Shown here: positions 1-12,962 of the stretch, one piece after another | Layout: every line of letters starts with the position of its first letter | Position numbering within the stretch: position 1 is the first letter of the stretch | Assembly (NCBI RefSeq): GCF_964204645.1 | Contig: NC_134029.1 | Location: 23,678,950-23,742,949 of the forward strand | Length of the DNA stretch: 64,000 nucleotides | Source: Tubulanus polymorphus | Taxonomy: Eukaryota; Animalia; Nemertea | Direction of reading: 5' to 3' | Notes under the pieces: generated by a model | Told to the model about the DNA's origin: nothing | The model's input: only the letters and a program-made list of their open reading frames with translations | Database searches by the model: none | Made by a program: the position numbers and the translations under genes

Positions 1-1465
1 TTTCTCCACGTTCAGCAATTCCTCTTCTTTTTCTGCCTGCAACAAATCATTAAACAAACATCCATTGTCATACGAAAACAGGCATTCCTAAAGAATACTG
101 AGTACATATCAGTCGTACTCACATCTTTAACTGATTTCCATTCTTGAATGGCTATTTTCTTTCTTTCATTAAAGTCCAAGTAGTCCAGATACCAGGTCTC
201 GTGTTCAATAATCGATTCTTCTGTTTGTGTTGGTAAAGCAGGAATCAATTCTTTCAGGAAAATGGGTTTTCCCTACGATAAAAGAACGTGTTTTTATCAT
301 AAAATCAATCGTCAGTAGATACCTGAATCGGGGACAGTAAGTTTGAGTAGACAGAATTTTACCTTGTATTTATTTCTGAATTTTAAGAATGTCTGGTGGT
401 CGTACTCGTCCCATCCACCTTTATGGCCACCAGTTTGAGACAAGAATTTCTTAAAAAGAAATACATAGCAGTTGAAAAATGAACCTTACATATAACTACT
501 ACAATCATTCTAGAATGAAGATAATTTCACCTCGAATGCAGCGACTGCCGGTGGCAAATCTTTCGTGACATCACGAGCTGACGTCAGTGGTTTTGATCGA
601 TTAGTTTTAAGCGGTTCCGGAACTGGTAGAATCGACCATGTTTCAATTCGTTTTTCTAGAGCCGACACTTCTAACGCTGTAGTCCTTTCATCTGTCATCA
701 ATTCATCATACCTGTTCAAAATATTTTACACGATAATTATGTCACATATGAAAAATCAACTATTTCTTCAAAACCAACCTCAAACGCTGCTGTTCTTTAA
801 ATTGTGTTACACTCTGTTCAATGTCTTCCATGATGACCTTCAGTTTCTCAACAACTGTAAATTGATAAATCAGATCATAAGGTAAAACCTGCTTAATTCA
901 ATACAGTAAAATCTGCTTAATTCAAAATAGTAAAATTTGCTTTATTCATCTTTATTTATTTATACGAACTTACATTCAGGAGTAGGTTTGATATCTTTCA
1001 ATTCTCTCTGAAACTTGCTGACGTTGTTTCTAATCTTATTCAGTTGTTGTTGTAACTTTATCTCTGAAATAGAAACAATTCACGATATAATCATTTCACT
1101 TTGATATCGATAAGGTCTCGAGATTTCAATAAACTCATGAGAAATTATTGATTTACTTTCGTTTTTTCGTTCGTCGTTCATTTTTAAATCCATTTCTTCC
1201 AACGGCATAAAATCTTTACGAAAATCATTTCTCTTATTGAAGATATGTGTCCCTCTTTCCTTCTCGAGATTTTTTACTCTATAATCGAAAACCAGGAATC
1301 ATTATACATGAAATGGAATAAGCACGTACATACCTCAGAAATATCAAGACAGCATCAAACTAATCGATCACGATGAATTACTCACTTGATTTCAAGCTGA
1401 TGAATTTCTTTGATCAATTCAAATTTCTTGCTTTGCTCCGTTTTATTGATTTTACTTGCGGCCAT
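1..1465 (-). CDS. CCDC112: Coiled-coil domain-containing protein 112, multi-exon, 3' end beyond the left edge
   Basis: ATG at 1465. Spliced exons give ...LPPAVAAFE|KFLSQTGGHKGGWDEYDHQTFLKFRNKYK|GKPIFLKELIPALPTQTEESIIEHETWYLDYLDFNERKKIAIQEWK, matching the CCDC112 signature (FEKFLQQTGGRQGAWDDYDHQ as recalled). Confidence 0.88.
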
Positions 1466-1543
1466 AGTTGATTTATCTTGAAAGCAAGAAAATACATGAA
1501 GCGCTTACTACTTTTTGTTCAAATTCAAATGTCGGTGCGATTC

Positions 1544-1845
1544 AAGAATAGGGGACTATAGCAATATATATGTAGTGATAGTAATCAAATTAGTGATAAT
1601 ATTAGTAATTGATAATGATGATATATTATGATAGTAATATATATATAGTAATTAATGAAGATTAGGGAACTAAACTTAACCCTAACCCATCAACGTCCCG
1701 TAGACCGCCTCACTACAACAATTAACTCAACTACTTTTTTTACCGCGCTACCCGTGCGCTAGTGGGGTCTCCAAACCTTCGGTTTGGTTCCCTAACCGCT
1801 ATCTCTAAACCTAACCCTAAACCTAACCACTAGTCCCCTATTCTT
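1544..1845. mobile_element. Small element with 15-bp inverted repeats (MITE/Helentron-associated-like)
   Basis: AAGAATAGGGGACTA (1544-1558) and exact reverse complement (1831-1845); interior has an AT-rich low-complexity tract and CCTAAC/CCTAAA motifs. Confidence 0.6.
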
Positions 1846-2516
1846 ATGATGATGACACCAAATATTTACAAAAGGTTTTTGTACATAGCTATTTTACTTT
1901 GAAGCTAATTTTAAAAGAAATTCTGACTAAGTTAACGTAACTTCATCAACATCTACTTCATCAGCAGAACGTCACACTGTCACGACTCGATTCTTCTTAT
2001 CAGTAGTAAGAGAAAATAATGAATGATTGAACGATATAAATATATCGTACCACAAAAACTTCGCCAGTTAGATTTTATTTATAATATCAACTCTATACTA
2101 ACGAATATACTTGATTGATTTGAACTTACTTCCTACTCCACACACACAATAAAGTACTTGGCGCAACCGGATTTACCCCCGGTGGCAGCACCGTACATTC
2201 TCCTAGCGGGATTAATGCGAACTGCCGGCTTTCGCGGACTTAAATGTTCCTTGCAATCGATCGGGATCGTATGGTTCAAAGATAGACTAACCAAAATATA
2301 GAGTTTATATTGATGGTTGTGGGAACCCCACATCAACATTAGTTACTATAAATATATTTATTGTAGTTCACAGATAACCCGCTGTTGTTATGTATAGAGG
2401 CGGTACTGAACGGTTGATTGGGAGCTGGTTAACTCTGGCATGCGAGTAATAAAGTTTCAAGGTCGTCGACCCTGGTCAAACATTTTTTGGGCTGAGTCAG
2501 CTGTCAAACTCAAACG

Positions 2517-5398
2517 ATGGTTTATTGCGCTTGTGTTGAAGATCTGCTGTCAAACTCTCGCGAAGATTTTATCAGTTCTTCAGAAATACTGATTAAACTA
2601 GCGAATAACATTTTAAACAACCCCGAAAACCAGAAATACAGACAAATTCGAATATCGAATCCGATGATCGAAAATCGTCTACTAGCCGTGTCAGGAGCGA
2701 TGGAGTGTCTGTTTGAAATGGGTTTTCAAGAAGCTCAGGTGAATAACAGCCTCAGGTTTTTGTATCTACATAACGTTCGTCTAGAGGGCCAGGGCAGGGC
2801 CTTGTCACAATTAGGCTAAAAAAAATTGATACCTTGTTTCTCCGCTCTGCTGAGCTTAAATGTTGACCCGGCCGGCCGCCTATCTACCCAATACATTACT
2901 TTTTTTAAAATCGTGATCAATTTTACCATAACAGACCCGGCCGCTATAGAAATGAACTGTTTATAAATTTTATCATATTTTACAAAAATGACCCGGCCGC
3001 TGCGGAGAAACAAGGTATCATTTTTGTTTAGCCTTATGTATGGTCCGTATATGCAGACCCATAATGACGTTATCCACATGTATGTAGGGATAATAAGTTA
3101 AATTGGGAATGGATCAATTGTATCAAAAGTAATCAAGCCTCTGTGGTAAAGATTCAATTTCAACGTACAAAACTTTCTTAATTTCAGGATGGACGATACT
3201 TACAGTTTCCACGCGGTGCTTTATTCGATAACATGAAGAGAATAAGAGATGATTTAAACTCATCAAGAAATGATCTTCTCTCTAATCAAACTACAACATC
3301 GAGTAACGCTGCTGCTGCTGCGGCTGCGAGTGTACCTGATGCTGCAGGTGCTACTGCATCTGATGGTAATTCTGTAACAGTCAATCATTCAATCGTAAGT
3401 ATATTTCGATCTATTGTTTCTTATTAGCAGTGACGGATCCAGGGGTTATGGGGCATGTCCCAAGACTTTCGTTAAGATAATGGACCTTTCTTTCTAACTC
3501 TAACTCTAATTGAAAAAACTAAAAAATAACACTGCAAAAGATACACTTCATCGATGAAAGTGCGATACTAATAATGATATTTACGATGATTTCTTTAATG
3601 CAGGTGAAAGAAATGATATTTTATCAGAAATTGAATAATTCGTTCGAACACGTTTTGATTTATGAAGATAAATCGTTACAAGCTAAAGCTCGCCGGTGCA
3701 TGCCTACCGAACAATTTACTCGAGATGCTACCGAAAAACTGAAGGCACTGAAACAAGCGACGAATAAAGATGAAACGAACGCCGATGATCTTCCCGGTTT
3801 TAAAGAATTAGTTTTACTCGAATTGTTGAATTGGTTTAAGACGAGTTTTTTTACGTGGGTGAACAGTCCGGAGTGTAGTCGGTGTAACGGCCAGACGGAG
3901 GCTCGAGGGATGACCGATCCGACCGACGAAGATCGATTGTGGGGAGCGTCACGCGTCGAGAATTACTTCTGTTCGAATTGTCGCGAATACGAGCGATTCG
4001 CGCGTTACAATCACCCGGGACGATTACTAGAAACGAGACGTGGAAGATGCGGTGAATGGGCGAACTGTTTTACGCTTTGTTGTCGAGCTCTGAATTTAGA
4101 AGCGCGTTATGTGCTCGATTGGACGGATCACGTTTGGACAGAGGTTTATTCGGAATCGTTCGGTCGATGGTTACATTGCGACCCGTGCGAAAATACGTGC
4201 GATAAACCGCTCACCTACGAGGTCGGGTGGGGAAAGAAATTAACGTACGTGATCGCGTTTTCGAATGAAGATATTCAGGACGTGACTCCCAGGTATACCG
4301 TCGATCAAACAGCTGTTTTATCGAGGCGTGACGACTGTCGCGAAGATTGGCTGATCGATACGATATTCAAGTTGAGATCGAAAAGACAGAAAGATTTACC
4401 GGAACAGCGGAAAAAAGAGCTGGAAATGAGATCGTTGCGCGAATTGATCGAATTCCTCTCACCGAAAGAAGTGAAAGAAGGCGAAAAAAGCGGTCGCCAG
4501 TCGGGATCTCTCGAGTGGAGACTATCTCGAGATGAAATGGGTTCGTCTTCGAAATTTGAGAAATTTACGTTCAGTCTTACGGATAACGAGAAATCGGCGA
4601 AAAGTTTCCATATCACGTATAACTGCGCTAAAGATGTATATACGCGTCTATCGGATAACGGTAATACAATCATGCCGTGGAAATCTTGCGCGTTCGAAGT
4701 AGAAAACGTTATTCGTAAAGTTGAAAACGACTGGAAAATGGTTTATCTCGCCAGAAAAGAGGGTTCGAATACTGCGACTATATCTTGGAAATTTGACTTT
4801 TCTGGTCGGTATTCATTGATTCTGATTCTAATGAGCAAGACCCACGTTTGATGATTTAACAATTCATTTTGACAGTTTTGACTAGACTTCATCATCAATG
4901 ATGAGGTTTAGTCAAAACTTCGAGAGCGTCAGAAAATAAATTGTTAAATCATCAATTGCGGGTTTCGTTCATTAATTCAATGATTCATTCATCGGCATAT
5001 TTAATGAAATTATCAGTGAATTGTTATTTGCTTCTTTTATTTCAGGCAGTGGTCTTCGCGCTGATCAAATTAAGATTAAAGTGAGCAGTACCACTTACGA
5101 GTCTGGGAAAGTAACGTGGGTTTTATGCGGAGGAGACAGTTGTATCGCTGTCAAACCAGGTAATTCTAAGAAAATCCATTCGTCCATTTTTGCATAAGTT
5201 GATAGACATGAATAAGTTTGAATTATGTTTTCAGATGAGGAGGTTGTCACCAGTAATCTGAAAGGTAGTGAAACTCTGACCCTTACTGCTAGATTATCAG
5301 GTGGAAATGGAAACAATGCCTTTCAACATACGCAGTTATTCAGGCAACAGGAGAATAGTGACGACTGTCCATTAGATTTACAAATAACATTCATTTAA
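2517..5398 (+). CDS. NGLY1: Peptide-N-glycanase (PUB + transglutaminase-like core + PAW domain), 5 exons: ~2517-2738, 3189-3394, 3604-4804, 5046-5159, 5235-5398
   Basis: PUB-like NILNNPENQKYRQIRISN; WFKTSFFTWVN; CxxC pairs; catalytic motifs RRGRCGEWANCF, DHVWTEVY, WLHCDPCE; PAW-like RKVENDWKMVYLAR and FQHTQLFRQ; GT-AG junctions keep frame. Confidence 0.97.
2814..3033. mobile_element. Tourist/PIF-Harbinger-like MITE in NGLY1 intron 1
   Basis: ~30-bp imperfect TIRs GGCTAAA...GATACCTTGTTTCTCCGC / GCGGAGAAACAAGGTATC...TTTAGCC with TTA on both flanks (2811-2813, 3034-3036). Confidence 0.85.
4829..4974. repeat. Long imperfect palindrome in NGLY1 intron 3 (Penelope-terminus-like)
   Basis: TTGATGATTTAACAATT...GTTTTGACTAGACTTCATCAT-CA-ATGATGAGGTTTAGTCAAAAC...AATTGTTAAATCATCAA is self-complementary. 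Confidence 0.75.
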
Positions 5399-5576
5399 AT
5401 CAGATTCTGTTTTCCATTTCATTTGTCCGAAATTTGCCATTTTATTTTTCTACATTCTTTCTGATGCTTGAGTTTCTTACAGTGACAGAGCATTAAAACT
5501 ATATGTACCTTGTATATATCTTCATTAATTGTGCAATAATTTCTTTCTGATATTTTCTGTACTTTTGTGTACTCTT

Positions 5577-5754
5577 CAGTAGACTCCGCCCAATTTGGAA
5601 CCGATCAACTTGGAGTTAACAGTTCAACTCGGGATGTTTTTTGAAATATGTTTGTGACATATATGAAATACATAACATCCAACTCGAGTATCACTCTCTC
5701 AAGTTGGACATATTTTTACGGTCCCAAAAGATTCAACTTCAGCGAAGTCTACTG
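5577..5754. mobile_element. Tc1/mariner-like MITE in NGLY1 3' UTR
   Basis: TIR CAGTAGACTCCGC / GCGAAGTCTACTG, TA on the right flank only; AATAAA follows at ~5829. Confidence 0.6.
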
Positions 5755-8700
5755 TATAAAATGTTGTCTAGTGGTGATTTGTTTCTAATTGTATGTAATA
5801 ATGTTTACAGTTGTATTTGAATTGTGCTAATAAAATATGTTAAAGGGAGTTCATTTTTGTTGACTTCGTCTTGAATCTGAATGGAACTATCATCTATTCT
5901 GCGCAATGAAGAGAGGTCCCCAAGTTTCAAGTGGAGAAAATGATGAGTATCCTTGAACACGTCATGTCACGAGGAGTTATGACCGAGGCCAATATTTAAA
6001 TGCAACACGTCGAATTTATTTTTATTTAACATAGTTTATTTCAAGCAAGATAAAGTTACAATTAATTATATCAACAATAACATTAGAAATGGACAGAAGT
6101 GACTGAGAGAGGTCATTTCTAAACTCTGATCATCATCATCGTAACCAATGTGAGAAATTAACTAAAACTTACGCGATTCGCTCGCATTAAGTACAAATGA
6201 TTGAATTAATTGAATACATCGAATGCTGGTTACAAATCGTATTAAAATTCATCGAATTGGAAAAAACTGAAGATGAAAATTACAAGTTGTGAAGATGATG
6301 ATTACATGTGAAGGATGAGAAAATGTTTCGAGCCTCTCTCAGTTTACATAATCACGTGTACATAGGACGAGAATTAATCGTAATAAAAAGTCAAGTTTGT
6401 TGACGATGATTTAACTTCAATAAAAACCGTTCCTTCAAAACAACAACAATAATTATAATTATAATAATAATAATACAGGACATTGCTTTTCTTATTCATT
6501 GACTCGACATGTCTTGCGTTTCTCGCCTTGGTCACATAAAAACAAACATAATTGTGTTAACAAACCCAAAAATCGCTAGTACAGTACTTATTGCACTTAT
6601 CACTTATAAAAAACAGTGTTTTATCATTATGTTATTCATTTTACAGCATGGTAACAATACAACACATCATTGATGTTTTTATTTGTCAACAAAAGAAATA
6701 TCACAATATTGCCACGATCTAGGCTTCATTTCATAAGTATTAATAAACGTTTTTAATTTTTACTAGTTTCATTAGTTAAAACATATCGTTAAATGACTGT
6801 AAGGTAGATATCATCGTACGTCGTAGTGTTATCATCAAAAAGTGGTCCTGCGAATCAATGCCCTTGGAAACGATGGTGGATGGATATTATTCCACAACAT
6901 TTAACAGATGTTCCTCCATATTACATGTACGACATGGCACATGTACATAATTGATTAATTACCCCAAACAATGATTGTCCCAGCTTGAGATGATGGCATT
7001 ACATTTAACATTAAGCCGGTTTTTAACAATGTTTTCTATCATTGAGTCTGTTTAGTTCATCAACGATTGAACATCATCATGAATAAAGAAATTGTAAAAT
7101 CCCGACCCTGATAATCATCATACAGCTGAAATCCCGTTCCCGTGAGAAATATAATTGAAAACATCTAAACCCCTAGTTATAATTCATATCTAGATAATAA
7201 CATGAAGTGTGTGTTATATAATACTATAATATTAAGCTGCGCGTTAGCTTTAAGCTTTAGCAGGCACAGTGTAAGCTCGTTTATGGTAGAGGCCAAAAGA
7301 AGTGCGATGAGGATGCCTCATAAGCTTATACTTAGATTCTGTGATTTAGAAATCTGAAAAAATAAAGTTGTTAAATGAGTAAGTGGCAAGTATTTCAAAA
7401 GGTGAGGACTGACAGAGTATATGACAAGTATTTGATGTCAGAAATATCTTCTTCAGTGTTTTTAACACACATTCAGATTCTTAATGAAGAGATAAAAAAG
7501 CAAGTTGTTGTACGTTTATCATCATTATACCCTGTTACTGATTTGATGTTGTTAGTTTGTAAGCGAATGTCTCATTCACGAATACAGCAATTAATACCAT
7601 TTATACCGGTATAGCAAACTGTAAATTACCATTTCAGCGTTAATACGTATATTGAAGGAAATAAACTATTCAAATACCTGCAAACTACTTATACGTGTGA
7701 TAATATTCATCCACCATGTGCAATACCTACTGCTATTGCATGCACACATTATACATATACATAAAACCCTAAATACCTAAGAAATGTACAATATTCATCG
7801 AGATAAATGTACGAACTTGAGGTTACTACACACACGATCTTACGATACAAGTCCCTTCCAGAGAATCGAATGTTTTCATAGAAGTTCAGCTCAAATGAAT
7901 ACATGAACCGATCAAAGCGCGGCGATCACACGCTGGGACGATTACATACGGGTAAAATTAGCTGGATCACACCCGAGGCAGATTTGGCACAGACCTGGTC
8001 CAAACATTTTGATCAGGCAAAATCTAACCCGAATCAAAGCGACACGGACCTATCAGTGTGAATGGATAATCAGGGTGTGAAAAATGCTCGAGCGATTGCT
8101 TGAATCATCAGTTATGCGCGTACAAGCAGGCATTACCCGGTATTCTGAAATTCACAATTCTCTTGAAGGAAACATACAAGTTCTTACAGAGATTACTCAC
8201 ATGAAAGTACATCTACCATTAATCCAAAAATTGAGGGTTACAGATAATGTATATATATATATATATATACCTTACATATATTTATGTATACAGATACAAT
8301 ATTACTATAAGTTAAGTTTACTATTTACAGGTGTTTTTATCAGAAAAATGGTTTGAACTGCATTCAGCTAGGGAGCGTTTTATCAAAATCATTCAAACCA
8401 TCTTCGTATTAATATTCAAGACCCCTGATTAATGGATAAATGTTCGGTCTGCAAATTGCTTGAAGATCAAATAACTTGCCTTTTCGCAAAGATCACTTTT
8501 TAGCACAATTCTTCGAGTTTATTTCTATATAGCGATCATTCAATATGGCTGGTAATCCTTGCATTTTAAATTCTCATAAAATGGTAACATTCGTAAATCA
8601 TAAAATCTCTCCTTATTATTGCATTCAATATGCTTCAGTGTTGATGAACCAGTGTGTTTCTAAAGCTGCCAGATTTTGCACTTTTAAAAATATCATGATT

Positions 8701-11700
8701 TCAATTACCGACTGCACGTCGATGATGATCAGGCGTAGACGTCCAGTATATCAGCAAATACTGCGACGAGTTATATTTAAGCACAGGTCATTCTCGGGTA
8801 GCAACACGTTTTCAAAACTTTTTGACTAGAACAAATATTAAGGTGTTAAATATAAGCAAATGGACACCGGTCGCTGCGCTGATCAATTTCATTTCAAAAT
8901 ACAGACAATACATTATTATACGGTATACAAATTACATGATTAATAATCGGGATGTCAGTATGATCAGTCAGATTCTAGCACCAAGCTTCAAGCCCAGTCA
9001 GCAGGCGAGGCTGTTTAACAAAAAAATTGCATCTGATCGCGCAAAGATATACTCGTAGCCCGTTCCATCGTCACATATTCATACATATATAAAGCTTATT
9101 TGCCACCATTTTTAAATCGTAAATCAATTCTTCTTTCACAAACACGGTATATACTATAGAGATTTTTGAGAACGTTCCGTTGGTAACTAACACAATTCAC
9201 AGGTCAAATGCACTTTAACGATATAATTTATCACAGTCAGTCGTTAACACTATCTTCAGCTTGTCTCGGTTCTCCAATTCGAGACCGGAGTTTCCTGTAA
9301 TCGTATTCACAACAACATTTCGAAATGACACCGATTCAAGTGTGATCGGCATCGATTTCCATAGCGAGAAGTTTGGCATTATCAGATTTCAGTTCATACT
9401 GGCATTACTGCGTCTTTTAGCTACAATTGCTTCCTACTTTCATTCCTTTCGGTAAGATTTATAAGGACGAATTCCTTCATAGGGATATTGAGATACCGGT
9501 ATATTTATAATTCTTAAGATCCACGATTTAAACATATTCTATTTTTCCTGTCGATGAAAGACTTGCGGGTATTAAGTGTCGCGTCTCAATACTGCGTTGA
9601 CACATTCTCTACGTGATAAGCCGATCTCGTACGTGAAAACATTACGATCATGGATGTGTGAACTCGACATGTACGCGTAGTTAAACACCTGCTCAGATCT
9701 TCATTTCATTTACACGATTAAACAGGATCAGTTTTTAAAACGTTAGAAAGCGAATCGCCGGATCGCCGATTTCTTTAGCGCTACCCTAAAAAGGCACGGT
9801 CAACATTTCTAACATTTTCAATAGCATTTCATCAAGCCGCGATTTTATCAAAAAGTGATGGCGTAATTTTTCAGATGTAACTTGCGATGATTGTTGTAGT
9901 TGAGCACCACGCGGATAGACTACGCACGTTATAATAAAAACTGTCGTTAAAAGTTGTTGCATTGATGTCGTCATGACGATTGATTATAAGCAGCCATTGA
10001 ATGTTATTCTTTCGTCATATAGATAATTTCACCGGGCTTGACGAGTAGTAGAGGTTAGTAGTAGTAGTATGCCGAGTAGCGTGGTCTCTTCTACGCAAAT
10101 GATCTTCGCGATCTTAATATAAGAAATGTTGTCGATATTAACAGCGGCCGCCGGGTGGGCCGCGCTATTCCTAAGAAGCGGGAAGCACAATTGAAAAAAT
10201 CGTCATTCGACTTGTCGTAAAAAATCACAGATTTTTGGTCGTCTCTTCTCGCTATGACGAAACTTATTGAACTAACGACGAAACTTAAAATCATGATGAA
10301 TATTATAATGCCGACATATGCCACCAGTCTCTGTATTATATATAGTTTTAAGTATTAACGCAGCTTTCCATGCCTCTATAATCATATTGTTCGAAAGACT
10401 TGGTTTGATTTTCACGAAGCTTTTTGTCTTTACACCCGTATTTTTTCGCTTTATTCTCCGCCTTATCCGGTCGTATTTTGTTTTCCGACGTATTTTTCGC
10501 GCACGCGCGCAAAAACGAACACACACACACAATATATCATCTCTCGATGCGCAATATCGTTATAACACATTATCGTTTACAAAATGGTCGCCGTCGTTTG
10601 GAACTATTTACAAGTAGCAGTGCAAAAATAAACTTTCTCTTATCTGGACTTATTTCTGAGTTCATACGTAAATACAGCATTCATATTCTTTTAATAACAA
10701 CAGTTTCAACAGTTTTGTTTCATGAATTATTCCCTGTTTTAGATATTTATACACCGATATCGATATATCGTGTTTTCTTATTACACATTTTCTGGAATAT
10801 TATCAAATTTCTTTTTTAACGACGATTTCATCGAATCGCGTTATATATATTTTTTGGAATGATACGTAGATGTTTATTTTTTTTCACCGATCCGTTGCAT
10901 ACTTAATTCATCGCAATCATCTTTACTAACAACCGATGGACTAGAGAAAAACTGGAAAATAATCGTGACGTTTTTCCGCCCATTTTCAGGAGACATTTAA
11001 ATCTGTCACGTCGAACAGAAATGAATTGAAATTTGTGGCAGAAGCATTAAATTTCGGTGACTAGAAAAAAAAGATTGCATATAATATACAATAATAGCTT
11101 AGTATTGCCGGTAACAATCAAAATGCAAAGCTGGATGTAAATAGATAAGATAGCGAAGTCAATAATTTCAGACAAAATCAGTAAATTGCAATAAAATGTC
11201 TTGTCATAAACAAATTTTTCTTTTGGAAATCACTGCCACGAGCTGTAAAGATGATTTGGCCGTTATTTTGAGATCACATTCGGCCAGGCACGCATGAATT
11301 CTTAATTAAGTATGCAACGAAACCAACGAATACAAATTCATATTCCACACTTTTTTTCATCCCATCAGTTCATGATAAATCTGGCATGTTTCATAAGATT
11401 CGACCAGAATGTATTTATCCACTACGCGTGCGCTGTATATAGCCTGAGAGCTTATCACAATTATTTCATTACTTCTTACACATTTCCTTTTTTAAACATT
11501 TCAACGATAAAAACAACAGATCTAATCGCAATTTTACCCAGTTCTCGATCGTAACCACCATTTCAACGTAATAAAAATTCCGCATACGAAAATAAAATTT
11601 TGGATATTTCCAATACAACTAAAATGAACTTTCTCATACAATATTCAACTCATGAAGTTGCTATTAGATTCTGATAGCTACCTAGAGATTGGGGTCGTGT

Positions 11701-12282
11701 TGCTGAAAAGTCGCTCTTACTATTGGCATTTGGTATCGTCAAGTCTCTTCTTATTCGGAGTGACTTTAAAGCAACTGACCCAAGAATGTTTAAATGATGG
11801 ATGTACGCAATGCCTGTCATACATAAAATGAAGGATACTACAAGTTCGAGAAATAAAAAATGTTTTTTGTTTCTGACCCCGAGCCGATTTCTCGGTAGAC
11901 TGAATAATGATGATCTACTCGAGCAATCGACGCGCATTCGAAAAGAATATTTGCAAACATTAGCGTTGACTTGAGATGAGACGATCGCGATGACAAACAT
12001 GAAAAATATTACAACAATTACATCGAGCAAAGGAAACGCTAAGAAAAATGCCCAGTTTTTACAACGGCATATCATATTCTATATTCTATAGTTAGTCGTG
12101 TTTTTTGAGATCTTTAGAAAACCAACCTGCGGTGAAGAACTATCATATGATTAGTTATTATCATTAACAAGGTGACACAAACACTGAAAAATAATTCGTG
12201 TTCAACTTAAGTCATGAATAGAATAATGACTTTTGATGAAGTAATCATTAACTGCTGATGATTTTCTATTTAGCCTAGATAG

Positions 12283-12587
12283 TATCGCCCTCCCTCAGCA
12301 GGGATTCCAACCTGAAGGCATCAAGAGACTCTGACACATGGCATGTTGAAAACCCCAGTCTGATTAATCTGAATGCGCGCTTAGACAATATTGTTATCAG
12401 TCAATCAGAAATCATGTTTTTTAGCCCGATTAATTACATCGTACATTGTTACCTATGATATTTACCTCAACGATGATACAACAGGCAATCTGTTTTTGTG
12501 TGGTAAACCTGCGCACTCTGGCTAATCAGGCAGAGGTTGAGTCTGACACAATATCATCAGGTTTGAAACCCCGCCGAGGGCAGATGA
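12283..12587. mobile_element. Degenerate MITE
   Basis: Imperfect TIRs CCCTCAGCAGGGATTCCAACCTGA / TCAGGTTTGAAACCCCGCCGAGGG; related ends near 15388 and 20714. Confidence 0.5.
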
Positions 12588-12962
12588 AATAGTCACTGGC
12601 TGATCATTTGTAACCTTTCACAATACGTAACTGAATTTTAAAAATAATTCCAGGGCTTACGGCGAATGCTGCTGGCAAAACAATGTGAGCATTTCTGGTG
12701 TAACAATTGATATGTTTATCACAGATGACAAGTTTTAGTTCTTCTTTACTTTCTAAAAAATTTCCCCTCAATTCTACCTTTTTTTTTCAAACAATAGTAA
12801 TAATAATATTAAGAAATGCATATGCTCTGGAATGAACCGAAGTGATGATAAATATATTCGTTATAACAGCATCAATAATCGCAGTGGATCTCATATATAC
12901 GTCGTACGCAGCCGAGTTGAGGGAGGATGTGTGTTAAACTCAACAGCAGTTGAATTCCATTA

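Noticed and set aside
4305-4673. Antisense and alternative-frame ORFs overlapping NGLY1, TNFAIP8, CHM and FCHSD2 exons
   Set aside because: Shadows of real coding exons with no independent protein features.
6000-12900. Conserved bilaterian microRNA cluster
   Set aside because: No match by eye to mature miRNAs I recall; a novel miRNA cannot be excluded without small-RNA data.
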